Source of the DNA: Longimicrobiales bacterium
Lineage (GTDB): Bacteria > Gemmatimonadota > Gemmatimonadetes > Longimicrobiales > Gaopeijiaceae
Reading direction: 5' to 3'
Assembly (NCBI GenBank): GCA_965248195.1
Contig: CBDFIQ010000001.1
Location: 1,024,001-1,088,000 of the forward strand
Length of the DNA: 64,000 nt
Positions 62,496 through 64,000 of this stretch are shown here, piece by piece (position 1 is the stretch's first letter; each line of letters begins with the position of its first letter). The translations under genes were made by a program, and so were the position numbers. The notes below the pieces were generated by a model, which worked only from the letters and a program-made list of their open reading frames with translations, was not told the DNA's origin and made no database searches.

Positions 62496-62694
62496 TTCGT
62501 TACCTCGTCTCGACGGTCAAGGGTCGCCTGCCTCCTCATAGTAACGTAGGCGGCGCTGGAGTGCAGCGCTACGACCGGCAGTGTGCCTGGCCAAGGCCCG
62601 GGAGACCGTTGCGAGGCGAGAGGGCTCGAGATTACGTCCCTCATTGACTCTGAGCTTGAGGTAGCGGGATAGCCCGAACTCCGACCCGGCGGCG

Positions 62695-62795
62695 TTCTAA
62701 CCAGCGATTGCTACTGTCGCGGTAGGCATCAGGCTCGCGCGCTCCGCTTGCGATCACCACATTAGCCGCGCAGAGGATTCGCAGAGACGTTAGGT
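62695..62795 (+). other. attC site 2 (uninterrupted, 101 bp)
   Basis: TTCTAAC...GTTAGGT; shares GCATCAGGCTCGCGCGCTCCGCTTGCG and TTAGCCGCGCAG with attC 1. Confidence 0.8.
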
Positions 62796-62908
62796 CGCTA
62801 TGGACTGGGATTGAGCAGTAGCGGCTCGAGAGGAGCCTGGGGAATTCGGACATTTCGATGTTAGTCTAACCCCCAAGATCCACCCCGCTCCTAGGGAGCA
62901 CCAAGACC

Positions 62909-64000
62909 ATGAGAAATCGGGTGAAATTTTTCGGCGTCGCGCCGTTGCTCTTCAGTGCCCTCGCTTGCGGCTCTCAGACTTCTGAGCAGGCACCGGAGCC
63001 GACATCGGCCACGCTGCCAGAGTGGAAAGTGGACCCGACGTGGCCACCGACCTTGCCCAACGACTGGATCCTCGGCGACATCAGAGGGCTCTTCGTTGAC
63101 GAAGACGACCACCTCTGGGTAGTTCACATGCCGTCGAGCCTGACCTCTCAGGAGATCGGGGCCGCACAGGATCCACCGATTGCCGATTGTTGTCTTCCCG
63201 CTCCGCCGGTTCTCGAACTGGATCCCGAGGGCAATGTCCTGCAAGCCTGGGGCGGTCCGGGCGAGGGCTATACCTGGTTTGAACAGGAGCACGGGATCTA
63301 TATCGATCACAACGGGTTCGTCTGGCTCGGCACGAGCAATGGATTCCACGTGATGAAGTTCACGAAGGACGGTAACCACGTTCTCACCATCGGTGAGCCT
63401 GGCGTGAACGGGGGCAGCAACGATCCGACTCATCTGGGCGGCCCGGCGAATTTTTTCGTGGAGCCCAGTACGAATGAACTCTTCATCGCGGATGGATACC
63501 GCAACCGGCGCGTGGTGGTCTTCGAGGCGGCGACCGGTGAATACCGCCGTCATTGGGGTGCGTACGGCAGGCCACCGGACGACACCTACACGTATGATTA
63601 TCCAGTAGTGCTCGACAACCCGCCGCAGCAGTACTCCACGGTCCATGGCATCATCGGCTCGAAGGACGGCCTGGTCTATGTGTCCGACCGCCGCGGAAAC
63701 CGCATTCAGGCCTTCCGCCAAAACGGCGAGTATCTCATGGAGCGTTTCGTCCTTCCAGAGACCCGCGGATCGGGGACTGGATTCAGCCTTGGGCTGTCAC
63801 AGGATCCTGAACAGACCCTCCTCTACCTCATCGATGGTACCAACCAACGTGTGTGGATGCTGCGACGGAGCGACCTGGAGATCCTGGGCAGGTTTGGCAG
63901 GCCCGGTCGCCAGGCGGGCGAATTCATCCGGGCACACATGGTGGTGCTCGACTCCCGAGGCTACCTGTATACCGGAGAGGCCGGGAATGGTAGACGGATG
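62909..64000 (+). CDS. NHL-repeat beta-propeller lipoprotein (PAL-like); runs off the window end and is absent from the ORF track
   Basis: MRNRVKFFGVAPLLFSALAC lipobox, VDPTWP, EHGIYID, IADGYRNRRVVVF, VYVSDRRGNRIQ; RBS GGAG. Confidence 0.85.
   Translation, partial: MRNRVKFFGVAPLLFSALACGSQTSEQAPEPTSATLPEWKVDPTWPPTLPNDWILGDIRGLFVDEDDHLWVVHMPSSLTSQEIGAAQDPPIADCCLPAPPVLELDPEGNVLQAWGGPGEGYTWFEQEHGIYIDHNGFVWLGTSNGFHVMKFTKDGNHVLTIGEPGVNGGSNDPTHLGGPANFFVEPSTNELFIADGYRNRRVVVFEAATGEYRRHWGAYGRPPDDTYTYDYPVVLDNPPQQYSTVHGIIGSKDGLVYVSDRRGNRIQAFRQNGEYLMERFVLPETRGSGTGFSLGLSQDPEQTLLYLIDGTNQRVWMLRRSDLEILGRFGRPGRQAGEFIRAHMVVLDSRGYLYTGEAGNGRRM

Noticed and set aside
62891..63721. 276-aa minus-strand ORF
   Set aside because: Antisense shadow of the plus-strand NHL lipoprotein

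Overview
High-GC bacterial chromosome window. The gene content (TolB/PD40-tailed protein remnant, NHL lipoprotein, several DinB and amidohydrolase genes) resembles Gemmatimonadota/Acidobacteriota, but that placement is an inference. From 1 to 37.7 kb the window is mostly metabolic and housekeeping: a TetR-TolC-HlyD-ABC efflux operon, an acyl-CoA dehydrogenase/AtuA/crotonase/carboxyltransferase cluster followed by a PLP decarboxylase and an ACT protein, amidohydrolases, a frameshifted multicopper oxidase, ECF sigma modules, tkt and leuS. From 37.8 to 64 kb it is accessory: integrase remnants, Vsr, tRNA-Pro, a serpin, a VapBC pair, a 17-gene CCA-less tRNA array with structured spacers, and a dense IS cluster. 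The whole window carries IS256 x3, two IS3-family types x2 each, one IS5 and one IS110/IS1111, plus two attC sites. The strongest finding is an IS1111-type element inserted exactly into an attC site. Its 3' non-coding region contains short matches to both strands of the target and of its own circle junction, i.e. a readable bridge/seekRNA. Other highlights are a 20-bp tandem repeat forming a chain of four ATGA-coupled 7-aa mini-ORFs, a possible terminator/antiterminator switch in front of the tRNA array, a 131-nt rod-shaped RNA inside the array, and a truncated second tRNA-Ser(CGA) at the window start. All calls were made by eye; no searches were run.
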